Shown: positions 48,645 through 56,496 of the stretch, one piece after another | Numbering within the stretch: the first letter of the stretch is position 1 | How the letters are laid out: every line of letters begins with the position of its first letter | Virus record (IMG/VR): IMGVR_UViG_3300008339_000034 | Length of the DNA stretch: 64,000 nt | Origin: an uncultured virus (IMG/VR IMGVR_UViG_3300008339_000034) | Lineage: Duplodnaviria > Heunggongvirae > Uroviricota > Caudoviricetes | Strand: one strand, 5' to 3' | Notes under the pieces: model-generated | What the model was told of the DNA's origin: nothing | The model's input: the letters and a program-made list of their open reading frames with translations, nothing else | The model's database searches: none | Made by a program: the position numbers and the translations under genes

Positions 48645-50083
48645 ATCTTTAACTTACCTCCCATTAAGATTTGATAATTGACGACATCCTGATTGGCGAT
48701 GTACGTGCCTCCTCCTGTAAGTCCGAACTTAAAAGTTTTTGTAAGTGAGTAGTTGATGTTTAGAAAAGGAACTATAATTGGTTGAGATTCAAATAAAGAT
48801 TCTGTGTAATACTTTGTATAAGGAGCGTAAACACTAGCGGCAATAATAGTAGCATCTATGTGTTTAGTAAGTTGTCCCTTATACATAAAACCGCCTATCA
48901 GTAGGGTAGATATAACTTCTTCTTGAAATAACTCGCCATACGATGCGGCGGCTCCGTAGAGCGCTGTAAAGTTCTTCAGCGAGTTTACCCTTACAAACAA
49001 CAAAGAACCGTTGTAAGACTTTGGCATGAGGTTAATTCCTGCCGAAAGAACATTGATATGTTTGTTGCCTTTCTTGTTAACGCCCATCCAAGAACGCACG
49101 CCGTTAAAGTTTCCTATTTTAGCATTGACCATATAGTCAGCTGCAAGTCCAACAGAGGCAGTACCGTCTCCTTTAACTCTAGTAAAGGACATTGTTGCCC
49201 TAGCGTCTTGTGCTTTATCTTGCACTGTTTGGACTCCAACTATATCTCCTGTAACTAGAATAGCTGGTTTTTGAGTTTCTACTTTCCCTTTAGCAGCGGC
49301 TTTTGCAGACGAACTTCCACCTGCTTGTTGAGTTTCACTCTTTTGTTCTTCTATCTTTTCAGGAGTTTTTTCTTCAGGTTTCTTATCACCTGCGGTGCCT
49401 GAACCACCACCTCCACCAGAACCATTACCACCACCACTAGAAGAAGAACTAGAGCCACTCCCAGAGTTACCCCCAGCATCATTAGAGCCATTAGAATTAT
49501 TACCTGAGTTGCTTCCATTGCCTACTTGTCCTTCCGACGACGTATTGGACCCTTGTCCAGATGACTGGTCACTGTTACTAGAATTATTCCCAGAATTATC
49601 AGTAGTACTATTGTTTCCATTACTACCAACTTTGTTATTCGAGCTTCCATTTTTAGAGTCATTTTTTACATTTGTGCCAGAAGATGTTGTACTTCCTACT
49701 GAAGTACTTGATCCTAGCGAAGTCGAAGATAAATCTAAACTCGTTAAAGAGTTAAGATTCATCACATTATTTACTAAAGAAGTTATAGTTGCTGTGCTTG
49801 TAGTTGTAGTAGTTGTTGCAAAAACTCCTTGACATGGGGTTGTTGTTTTGTAATTGGCATAAGTATAATTTAACCAAGCGTCAAATGTACCGTCCTGCAA
49901 TTCTGTGTAACTGAAGTTTTTTACTTGTCCGTAGTAACTTATTACTATCGGAGAGTTCATATCAGCAAGAATGAACTTTAATTCTTTTGTACACGGATCT
50001 TTGTACGAGTAAGTAAAGGACTGAGCTTTTAAACTCAGTCCTATACTCAATAGTAAGATTAATATGTTAGCTCTTAAAGACAC
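48641..50083 (-). CDS. Putative outer-membrane beta-barrel protein with Ser/Gly/Asn-rich linker, about 480 aa
   Basis: Signal peptide from GTG 50083 (track start 50104); long low-complexity linker; C-terminal half of amphipathic strands ending YQILMGGKLKI. Confidence 0.6.
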   Translation of the reverse strand: MSLRANILILLLSIGLSLKAQSFTYSYKDPCTKELKFILADMNSPIVISYYGQVKNFSYTELQDGTFDAWLNYTYANYKTTTPCQGVFATTTTTTSTATITSLVNNVMNLNSLTSLDLSSTSLGSSTSVGSTTSSGTNVKNDSKNGSSNNKVGSNGNNSTTDNSGNNSSNSDQSSGQGSNTSSEGQVGNGSNSGNNSNGSNDAGGNSGSGSSSSSSGGGNGSGGGGGSGTAGDKKPEEKTPEKIEEQKSETQQAGGSSSAKAAAKGKVETQKPAILVTGDIVGVQTVQDKAQDARATMSFTRVKGDGTASVGLAADYMVNAKIGNFNGVRSWMGVNKKGNKHINVLSAGINLMPKSYNGSLLFVRVNSLKNFTALYGAAASYGELFQEEVISTLLIGGFMYKGQLTKHIDATIIAASVYAPYTKYYTESLFESQPIIVPFLNINYSLTKTFKFGLTGGGTYIANQDVVNYQILMGGKLKI

Positions 50084-50756
50084 CGTTTCTAATAAGGTTT
50101 TCAATCACTTTGGTAGTTGCTGTTTCAAGCGACTTTCGTGTTGCCTTACCTACGGTACTTTGAGAAAACTTCATATCGTCTAGAGATTTTAAGAACGACT
50201 CTCCTACTTTTATAGATTCGCCTTCACCAGAACCAATGTAAATTTGTCCTGTTTTAGCGTCTACAAATCGAACTTGCAAACGGATAAAAGTAGTTACCAC
50301 TACTTTAGCTTTTCCACCTTGTACAGTCTCGTCCTCGTCTACTGCAAAATCAGCAACGGTTACATAAACAAAGTAGTGGGCAGCTTTAATTTTTCCTTTG
50401 CCGTCAATAGGTTCTTCAAAGACTCCTTTTTTAGAAGCTTTGAATTGAGTTACCATCCTTTCCTTGATTTCACCCTTCTCTTCAGTAAATACAAAACGAT
50501 TTGTTTCATCTAAATAATCTAATACGGATTCTGCAAAACCTAAACCTACATTTTTCTCTTGAAGACTTGGGTACATAGCCAACACTTTAGTCATGTCCAT
50601 GCTAATTACTTGTACGTTCTTCTTAATAGAATCAGTATATCCAGACACGCTAGAAATATCTTTTTTCTCAATAACCTCATCCTCGGTTGTGGTCTTCATA
50701 GAACCACAACCATAGATAAGGATTATTAACAGTAGGCTACCAAGGATCTTCTTCAT
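50067..50756 (-). CDS. CsgG/HfaB-family lipoprotein, 229 aa
   Basis: Lipobox LIYGC; RFVFTEE...GKIKAAHYFVYVTVADF...IRLQVRFVDAKTGQI pattern of CsgG-like proteins. Confidence 0.75.
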   Translation of the reverse strand: MKKILGSLLLIILIYGCGSMKTTTEDEVIEKKDISSVSGYTDSIKKNVQVISMDMTKVLAMYPSLQEKNVGLGFAESVLDYLDETNRFVFTEEKGEIKERMVTQFKASKKGVFEEPIDGKGKIKAAHYFVYVTVADFAVDEDETVQGGKAKVVVTTFIRLQVRFVDAKTGQIYIGSGEGESIKVGESFLKSLDDMKFSQSTVGKATRKSLETATTKVIENLIRNGVFKS

Positions 50757-51060
50757 CTGCTTGGGGTTTAGATGCAGGAGCAGCAGGGGCAGGAGTAGAT
50801 GCAGCAGGTGCTACCTTTTCCTTAATGATGACGGTATTACCGCCACCAGTGTTTGCCTGTTGCTTCTGTTCGTTGTTCGTAGTGATGTTAATCACAGGTG
50901 CGGGAGCAGCTACAGCTGCTGGAGTTTCTGGTTTTTCATCTTCGCCACCACCTAAGTGAGTAGCAAACCAAGCACCACCTGCAGTTACCGCTGTGGTAAT
51001 TGCTCCGATGATTGCCTTCTTTACACCAGACATTCCGCCTTCTTCTTGTTCTTCTGACAT
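50737..51060 (-). CDS. Single-TM protein with Pro/Ala-rich tail, about 107 aa
   Basis: ATG 51060; AIIGAITTAVTAGGAWFA hydrophobic helix; PAPVINIT and TVIIKEK segments. Confidence 0.6.
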   Translation of the reverse strand: MSEEQEEGGMSGVKKAIIGAITTAVTAGGAWFATHLGGGEDEKPETPAAVAAPAPVINITTNNEQKQQANTGGGNTVIIKEKVAPAASTPAPAAPASKPQADEEDPW

Positions 51061-51064
51061 AATA

Positions 51065-51415
51065 TTATGGATTAGTTGTGTTTGACAAAGATACACCATC
51101 CTCCTCATCCACCTTCTGTATTAACATTTTGTCTCTATCTTCAGAGTTGAACCAGTAGTCAACTACTTTGTTCAAGTTACCTACAAAAGCTCCTAAGAGG
51201 ATAAGTAACATTTCTTTCCAGTCTTCTCCAATAGAAGCTCCTACAAAGACAGCAGCATTAATACCAACTATGATTAAGGTAAACAACCCCAATACAATAG
51301 CTGTAATTTTCCAACGATTGGCTTGCATTTGTTGCAACATGTAGTAGAAACGATTGTTGTCTGCTACTGCTACGGGTTCTGCTTGGCCAAAACCTAATTT
51401 TTCTTTTAGTTTCAT
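51065..51415 (-). CDS. Two-TM membrane protein (holin-like), 116 aa
   Basis: Two hydrophobic helices and LLGAFVGNLNKVVDYWF motif. Confidence 0.6.
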   Translation of the reverse strand: MKLKEKLGFGQAEPVAVADNNRFYYMLQQMQANRWKITAIVLGLFTLIIVGINAAVFVGASIGEDWKEMLLILLGAFVGNLNKVVDYWFNSEDRDKMLIQKVDEEDGVSLSNTTNP

Positions 51416-53301
51416 ATGATTAATAGTTTAGAATCTAGGAATTGTTTTTCTGTTTTAAGAGTTAAGATATAAACTCCGTCAGGTAATCTTTCTAAATCTA
51501 CACTATACTTATAGTTTCCTACAGGCATGTGCTTGTCTAGAATATTTTGGACTAACTGACCTACCTCATTGTACAAAGACAAGTTTACATCAGACTCTTC
51601 GGCTATCTTGAATTGTACTTGGATAGCACCTTCTGAAGGATTTGGAAATGCTATTAGGTCACTTACTTGGTTGATAGATACCAATCCTTTTCTACGAACC
51701 TCAACAATGCCCATAGTAGGTCTAATGTTCATATCCTTAGCCTTGTTATCACCTACGTACTTTTCTGCTGTCCAGATGGCTGCTGTAGCCCAAGAATCCT
51801 GTGGTTTCTTAGCAATGAACTGAAGAGTAAATACTTGTTCTCCGTCTTTTAACAGATTGTCATTTGTAAGGTCAGCTCCTCCCCAAGACACAACTCCATT
51901 AGAAGGGTTTGTGTAGGCAGTCCACTTCATGATTTTTTCTGTTACTTCAATCTGTTTGAAAGACAAGTAAGCAGTATCATATTTAAGGTCTAACTGAAGA
52001 GCAGTAAGGTCTTTACCGTTAGTTAAAACTTTAACTGGTACGCTCACCAAATTGCCATCCTCTACTTTTACTTTGGGCATATTGATTTCTACTGTCTCCA
52101 AAGAAGGATCATCATAGCTTACTGTTTTGTCAATGATGTAGTTCTTAGCATTTGCTTGGTTAACAATTTTAATAGGAGTCAAACGAGCCATTTTAAATCC
52201 TGTAGAGTTTGCGTCTCCTTTAACTGCTACGTAGTAAGTAATAGAGTCTTTACCGTCAATAGAATAGTTGAAGTTGTTAACAGTTGCGTAAGTAGAGGTT
52301 GGATTAGCAGTAGCACCGTTGATAGCATTATACTCAGCTACTGTAAAGAACATTACGTCTTTTTTAGAGTTGGGCCAAGAAGAGAATCTTCCTGCCAAAC
52401 GTCCGTATACAGAGTAAACGTCAGCAATAGAAATGTCTCCGCTAGTTCCGTTTACATCCATAGTGTAGTAGTCAAATCCTGTTGGAGTATATTGTGCAAG
52501 GATTGCTTGGTTAATCTTTTGTGCATCAGCAGTAGAGAATACGTTACCAGGAGTCATTGTATCGCCTTTAACAACCATTCTTACATCCCAGTAGGTAGTA
52601 TCAATAAATTTCTTAAATACTACGTGGCCCAATGAGTTAGTTGATTTTGACTCTACATGTGTCCAAGAACCTGTAGGAGCTTTCTTTTCTAAAGATACCC
52701 AAAGATTCTTAGCATCAGAACCCGTAACGTTTTTAAACTTAGCAGCAAAGCGAAGAACCTTTTGGTTGAAACGACCACCATAAGAGTAGACAACCAAAGT
52801 GGTATCGTTACCCCAGTTAGTAGCAGCTCTATTTGCAAATGATTTCACACCTGCAACTTTCAAAGTCTTGATAGAATCTAAGTTGTTAAATATAGCTTCG
52901 GCAGCGTGAGTAAAAGTTAAATCAAATGTAGCACCGTCAGAATAGTTAAAAGTAGAACTAGAACCTGTGTAAGCTAGAGTTACAGTTAAAAATCCTTGTA
53001 AATTACTATCTACATACTGAAGATACTGATCTGAAGTAGAAATCTTCAAAGAAGGTACAACACCAGTAAATGCAGTGTTATCGTAAAATACACGAAACTG
53101 CATACCTGTAATTTTTTCACTAGTAGAAGTGTTGTAGAAATGTAACGGAGCAACAGTTTTACCTACAGTAGTTGTAGCTACTTGATAACCTGAGTCGATA
53201 ACAACCCAATGCCCAGTTCCAGGAGAAGTGTTTGCACTTTGTGCAAATAAGTTAGTAGTGAGGATAAACAATCCCAACGCAAACAAAAGTATTTTTTTCA
53301 T
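51412..53301 (-). CDS. Secreted cohesin - Ig-like - dockerin-like - cohesin protein with T9SS type-A C-terminal sorting domain, 629 aa
   Basis: Sec signal; ITGMQFRVFYD...GATFDLTF and VSVPVKV...LTALQLDLKYD...GEQVFTLQF cohesin-like repeats; MDVNGTSGDISIAD; LIAFPNPS...LYNEVGQLV...LPDGVYIL...KLLII. Confidence 0.8.
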   Translation of the reverse strand: MKKILLFALGLFILTTNLFAQSANTSPGTGHWVVIDSGYQVATTTVGKTVAPLHFYNTSTSEKITGMQFRVFYDNTAFTGVVPSLKISTSDQYLQYVDSNLQGFLTVTLAYTGSSSTFNYSDGATFDLTFTHAAEAIFNNLDSIKTLKVAGVKSFANRAATNWGNDTTLVVYSYGGRFNQKVLRFAAKFKNVTGSDAKNLWVSLEKKAPTGSWTHVESKSTNSLGHVVFKKFIDTTYWDVRMVVKGDTMTPGNVFSTADAQKINQAILAQYTPTGFDYYTMDVNGTSGDISIADVYSVYGRLAGRFSSWPNSKKDVMFFTVAEYNAINGATANPTSTYATVNNFNYSIDGKDSITYYVAVKGDANSTGFKMARLTPIKIVNQANAKNYIIDKTVSYDDPSLETVEINMPKVKVEDGNLVSVPVKVLTNGKDLTALQLDLKYDTAYLSFKQIEVTEKIMKWTAYTNPSNGVVSWGGADLTNDNLLKDGEQVFTLQFIAKKPQDSWATAAIWTAEKYVGDNKAKDMNIRPTMGIVEVRRKGLVSINQVSDLIAFPNPSEGAIQVQFKIAEESDVNLSLYNEVGQLVQNILDKHMPVGNYKYSVDLERLPDGVYILTLKTEKQFLDSKLLII

Positions 53302-53753
53302 GGTTTATATTTTTGCAATTTTTCATAAAGGTTTGCCAGTAACCAAGGCTCGGGGGTTGGGATGTTTTTAATAAAGGATAATTCATACAAATAGCACTTA
53401 TACTCTTCTTCCTTTTCACTCATGACTGCATCTTGTAAAACAAATACTAAATGCATACTTTCGTGAACTAACACAGCCGCTAAGTTATTGATAGACTTTA
53501 ACTTAATGTCTGCGTCTGCTACTAGTATGGTATAGTCTCCTTCGACTACACCTGTGGAAGAAAAAGAACTTTTCCAAAAATCAACTCTTTGACATACATC
53601 TGTAAAGACTTTGTACTTTTCAGGGTCAATGGTCTTTATAAGTTGTATGGCTGAGTCAATCTTTAAATCCCAACCATCTCCTGCCTTAGCAATAGTTTGT
53701 GCTTTGCAGGAGATAGTCAAGAATATTAAAAGACTAACGAGTAGTCTTTTCAT
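53298..53753 (-). CDS. Exported zincin-like metallopeptidase, 151 aa
   Basis: Signal/lipobox LTISC; LAAVLVHESMH plus downstream EE. Confidence 0.6.
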   Translation of the reverse strand: MKRLLVSLLIFLTISCKAQTIAKAGDGWDLKIDSAIQLIKTIDPEKYKVFTDVCQRVDFWKSSFSSTGVVEGDYTILVADADIKLKSINNLAAVLVHESMHLVFVLQDAVMSEKEEEYKCYLYELSFIKNIPTPEPWLLANLYEKLQKYKP

Positions 53754-54391
53754 TATTTTTTCTTAGCAGCTCTTTTAGCTTCGCCTTTTACTTTGTCAGC
53801 AACAATAAAGTCACCAGACTCAATCAAGGTGTAAGTGAAAGAGTTACCATGAATGCCACGAGCTTGTTTACAGATTTCCATAAATTGGTTAAAATCTTTC
53901 TCACGCTTAAACACTTGGCATCCTTCGCTCCAGTTTTCTACAAAAGTAGAATCTGCACCAGCTTTGTGGATGTTGATACCGTAGATACCCTCAGTGATGG
54001 TATTCTCATCGTAAGTCATGTCTTTGTTAGCATCACGATAAACCTTCACTGGTTTAGCTTGCTTCAAAGCTTCGTACTTACCTTGGTGTAGACCAATACC
54101 GTGTGAACCTCTGTACTGACCTGGAACTAGTCTTGCTACTCCACCAGCATTGTGAAATTCTCTAACACCTTTAGTACCTGGATCTGTGGTAGCCATCCAT
54201 TGGTGAAATACCCATTTGCCTCCTACTTTGTAAGCAACAGTCATAGTGTCATCAAACAAGTTAGTAACATCGTTACCAGTAGAAGAGTTACGTACTCCGA
54301 TGATATTTACATCGTAGTCTTTTGTGCCATCAAAGTAAGCATAGCCCTTGGCTTTTACTGCGGCTTCAATTTGTTCTCTTGTATAGTTCAT
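53753..54391 (-). CDS. Endolysin, YkuD/L,D-transpeptidase-like Cys-His peptidase, 212 aa
   Basis: ATTDPG and GINIHKAG...NWSEGCQV motif; follows a holin-like gene. Confidence 0.72.
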   Translation of the reverse strand: MNYTREQIEAAVKAKGYAYFDGTKDYDVNIIGVRNSSTGNDVTNLFDDTMTVAYKVGGKWVFHQWMATTDPGTKGVREFHNAGGVARLVPGQYRGSHGIGLHQGKYEALKQAKPVKVYRDANKDMTYDENTITEGIYGINIHKAGADSTFVENWSEGCQVFKREKDFNQFMEICKQARGIHGNSFTYTLIESGDFIVADKVKGEAKRAAKKK

Positions 54392-54399
54392 AAGATTAA

Positions 54400-54654
54400 T
54401 TATTCAGCTGAAGTAGAGTTAGATTCAGGTTTTTTCATGATCTTCTCAACAGAAGTCAAACCCAAACAACCAAAAGCCAACAAAGCTACAGCATCTACCA
54501 AAGGAGTAGAAGGAGCAAAGTGTGCTTCGGTAAAAGAATTGGCGTACAAAGTAGCGCACAAAGTCAATGTGCAAAATAAGCCGCACAAACGTTTCATGGA
54601 GACGTTACCCTTTTCGTCTTTGAAAAGTCCTCCAATAAAGTTTACAAATTTCAT
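54400..54654 (-). CDS. Holin-like two-TM protein, 84 aa
   Basis: GNVSMKR followed by two hydrophobic helices; directly upstream of the endolysin. Confidence 0.6.
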   Translation of the reverse strand: MKFVNFIGGLFKDEKGNVSMKRLCGLFCTLTLCATLYANSFTEAHFAPSTPLVDAVALLAFGCLGLTSVEKIMKKPESNSTSAE

Positions 54655-54676
54655 AGGTCAATAGTTTGTTTGACAA

Positions 54677-54706
54677 CAAAAATAAACTATTGAAAAAATA
54701 AGTCAA
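54677..54706 (-). promoter_or_regulatory. Bacteroidota-type promoter, TTG-N19-TATTTTTG, heading the lysis/envelope operon
   Basis: Plus strand CAAAAATA 54677-54684 and CAA 54704-54706. Confidence 0.65.
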
Positions 54707-54729
54707 GTACTTTTACTACTTACTTTAAA

Positions 54730-56496
54730 TTAATCTAATCTTAGAAAAGCTTCTAGCTGTTCTCCAACACTTTGAGGAGTAGCTACGTTCTTTAGTCTCA
54801 TTCCTATACTGTTCTCTACTGTAATGTTTGATACTAGATAATCCCAAACAGAAGCAGCGGTCAATACTGCGTTTCCAAAAGTATTATCTACAGGAATTCC
54901 AAAGGTTACTTGGTTTGCACTAGGCATTCTCAAAGTCCCAGTCAATGTACCTAAAGCGTAGGTAGTACCAAACCGCACATCAGAAACTGCTAAGTTATCT
55001 ACTAAAGTTGCAGGAGATACTAAACGAGTAGCAGGTGCAATAGCGCCAGGTTGTATTGCACCATTGGTTGTCTCGTCTCTAAATTCAAAATAAGAACTTG
55101 TACTAGGTATTAAATGCATTCTTACAACTTGGTAAGGAAAGAATCCATACTCATTACATACAAAAGGTCCTGTTAATAGGTTTATAGCAGTACTACTTGA
55201 AGAGACAAAACCGACAGAGTTTCTTCCTGCATAGATAGCTCCTACTTGATTTATGTAAGAGGCGGTAGTACAGTTTATTGCTGGAAAATTATTTGTGCTA
55301 GGAGAGTTTCCTGAAAAAAGATTACCTGTAATATAGACAGTTGCAATCCCTACTATTTGTATTCCCCAATCATTCACTCCTTGGTTTTCACCACCATATA
55401 CGTTTCCAGTAATATTAAGATTGCCTATATTAAAATAAATTCCGTAACCATTGTTGTTAAATCCTTCGCTTCCATAAATATTTCCTGTAACATTCAATGT
55501 GCCTCCTGCACCAAACCAAATACTTGCTACTGGTCCGTTAGTATTAGTTCCAAGTACATTGCCAATGACATTTAATGTACAACTTACGTCTGTTAAAATA
55601 CCGTTTGAATTTCCACCATATACTCTTCCTGTCACGTTAACAACTGCTCCTGCTGTTGTTGTAATATGTAGGATCCTGCTAGTACCATTCGTTGAACCTG
55701 GTTCTAAATTTCCTGTAATACTTAACGTACCTCCTCCTGTTACCTTTATTGTAGAAATAGCTGAAGCAGATGTCGGTCTTAGTATATTTCCAGTACCACA
55801 ATTTATTGTTGCCGTGCCACTACTTGAAAAAGTAATTAAGTCAGTAGACCCAGCAGATAGTCCTGTTTCCCCTGTAGTAGTTACTGTGATTCCACTATTT
55901 AAAATAAATCCACCGCCAGCTACTGCTGCAGTAGTTGATAAATACTCATACAAATAAGTTTCCCTCATTTGTAAAGTAGCAGTGGTATTTATTAAAAACC
56001 TGTATTTTATGTAAGCAACACTATTGCCTATAAGAGGACTGGTAAATGTGTTTACACCTGCAAGTACAGCAGTATATAAAGTAATCCAAGCAGAACCATC
56101 CCAACTTTGGAAAGAGATATTAGTTGTGATACTTCCTCCCAAAACAAAAGTAAACATGTCAATTGCTTTTGGTGAAGTAAATTCATATCCAAAAAAGTCA
56201 CCTGGATTCGCATTGGTAAAACTGTTTTGTGAGACTGACCCATTAAAAGCAATGTAAGCACTTGTTCCTCCTAACCCTGTGACAATACCACTTGGTGTTG
56301 TATTAGAAGTCATTAAAGGAACAGCTGTAATTAGACTTTGTGCTGTGTTTGTTAAAGTATCAACATTAATATTTTGATCTATTGTAACTGTGAAGTTATT
56401 TGACGCTACTATATCTCCTGGGCCAGGAAGAACTCCTCCATTCCACGTTGCTGGGTTTGACCAGTTACCAGATGCTATTGCTGCTCTTAGTGCCAT
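54730..56496 (-). CDS. Tail spike/fibre-like protein, paralogue 1 (discoidin-like insert plus beta-helix), 588 aa
   Basis: RAAIASGNWSNPATWNGG N-terminus, VPLMTSNTTPSG module, LNVTGNIYG-type repeats. Confidence 0.62.
   Translation of the reverse strand: MALRAAIASGNWSNPATWNGGVLPGPGDIVASNNFTVTIDQNINVDTLTNTAQSLITAVPLMTSNTTPSGIVTGLGGTSAYIAFNGSVSQNSFTNANPGDFFGYEFTSPKAIDMFTFVLGGSITTNISFQSWDGSAWITLYTAVLAGVNTFTSPLIGNSVAYIKYRFLINTTATLQMRETYLYEYLSTTAAVAGGGFILNSGITVTTTGETGLSAGSTDLITFSSSGTATINCGTGNILRPTSASAISTIKVTGGGTLSITGNLEPGSTNGTSRILHITTTAGAVVNVTGRVYGGNSNGILTDVSCTLNVIGNVLGTNTNGPVASIWFGAGGTLNVTGNIYGSEGFNNNGYGIYFNIGNLNITGNVYGGENQGVNDWGIQIVGIATVYITGNLFSGNSPSTNNFPAINCTTASYINQVGAIYAGRNSVGFVSSSSTAINLLTGPFVCNEYGFFPYQVVRMHLIPSTSSYFEFRDETTNGAIQPGAIAPATRLVSPATLVDNLAVSDVRFGTTYALGTLTGTLRMPSANQVTFGIPVDNTFGNAVLTAASVWDYLVSNITVENSIGMRLKNVATPQSVGEQLEAFLRLD

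Noticed and set aside
50067..50756. Complete curli (csg) system
   Set aside because: Only a CsgG-family protein is recognisable; no curlin-repeat CsgA/CsgB or CsgE/CsgF seen
47000..53753. Envelope module as host contamination or a prophage boundary
   Set aside because: It overlaps phage lysis genes, is flanked by phage genes on both sides, has the same strand and similar composition, and no att or integrase signal is visible; read mapping would still be needed to exclude misassembly
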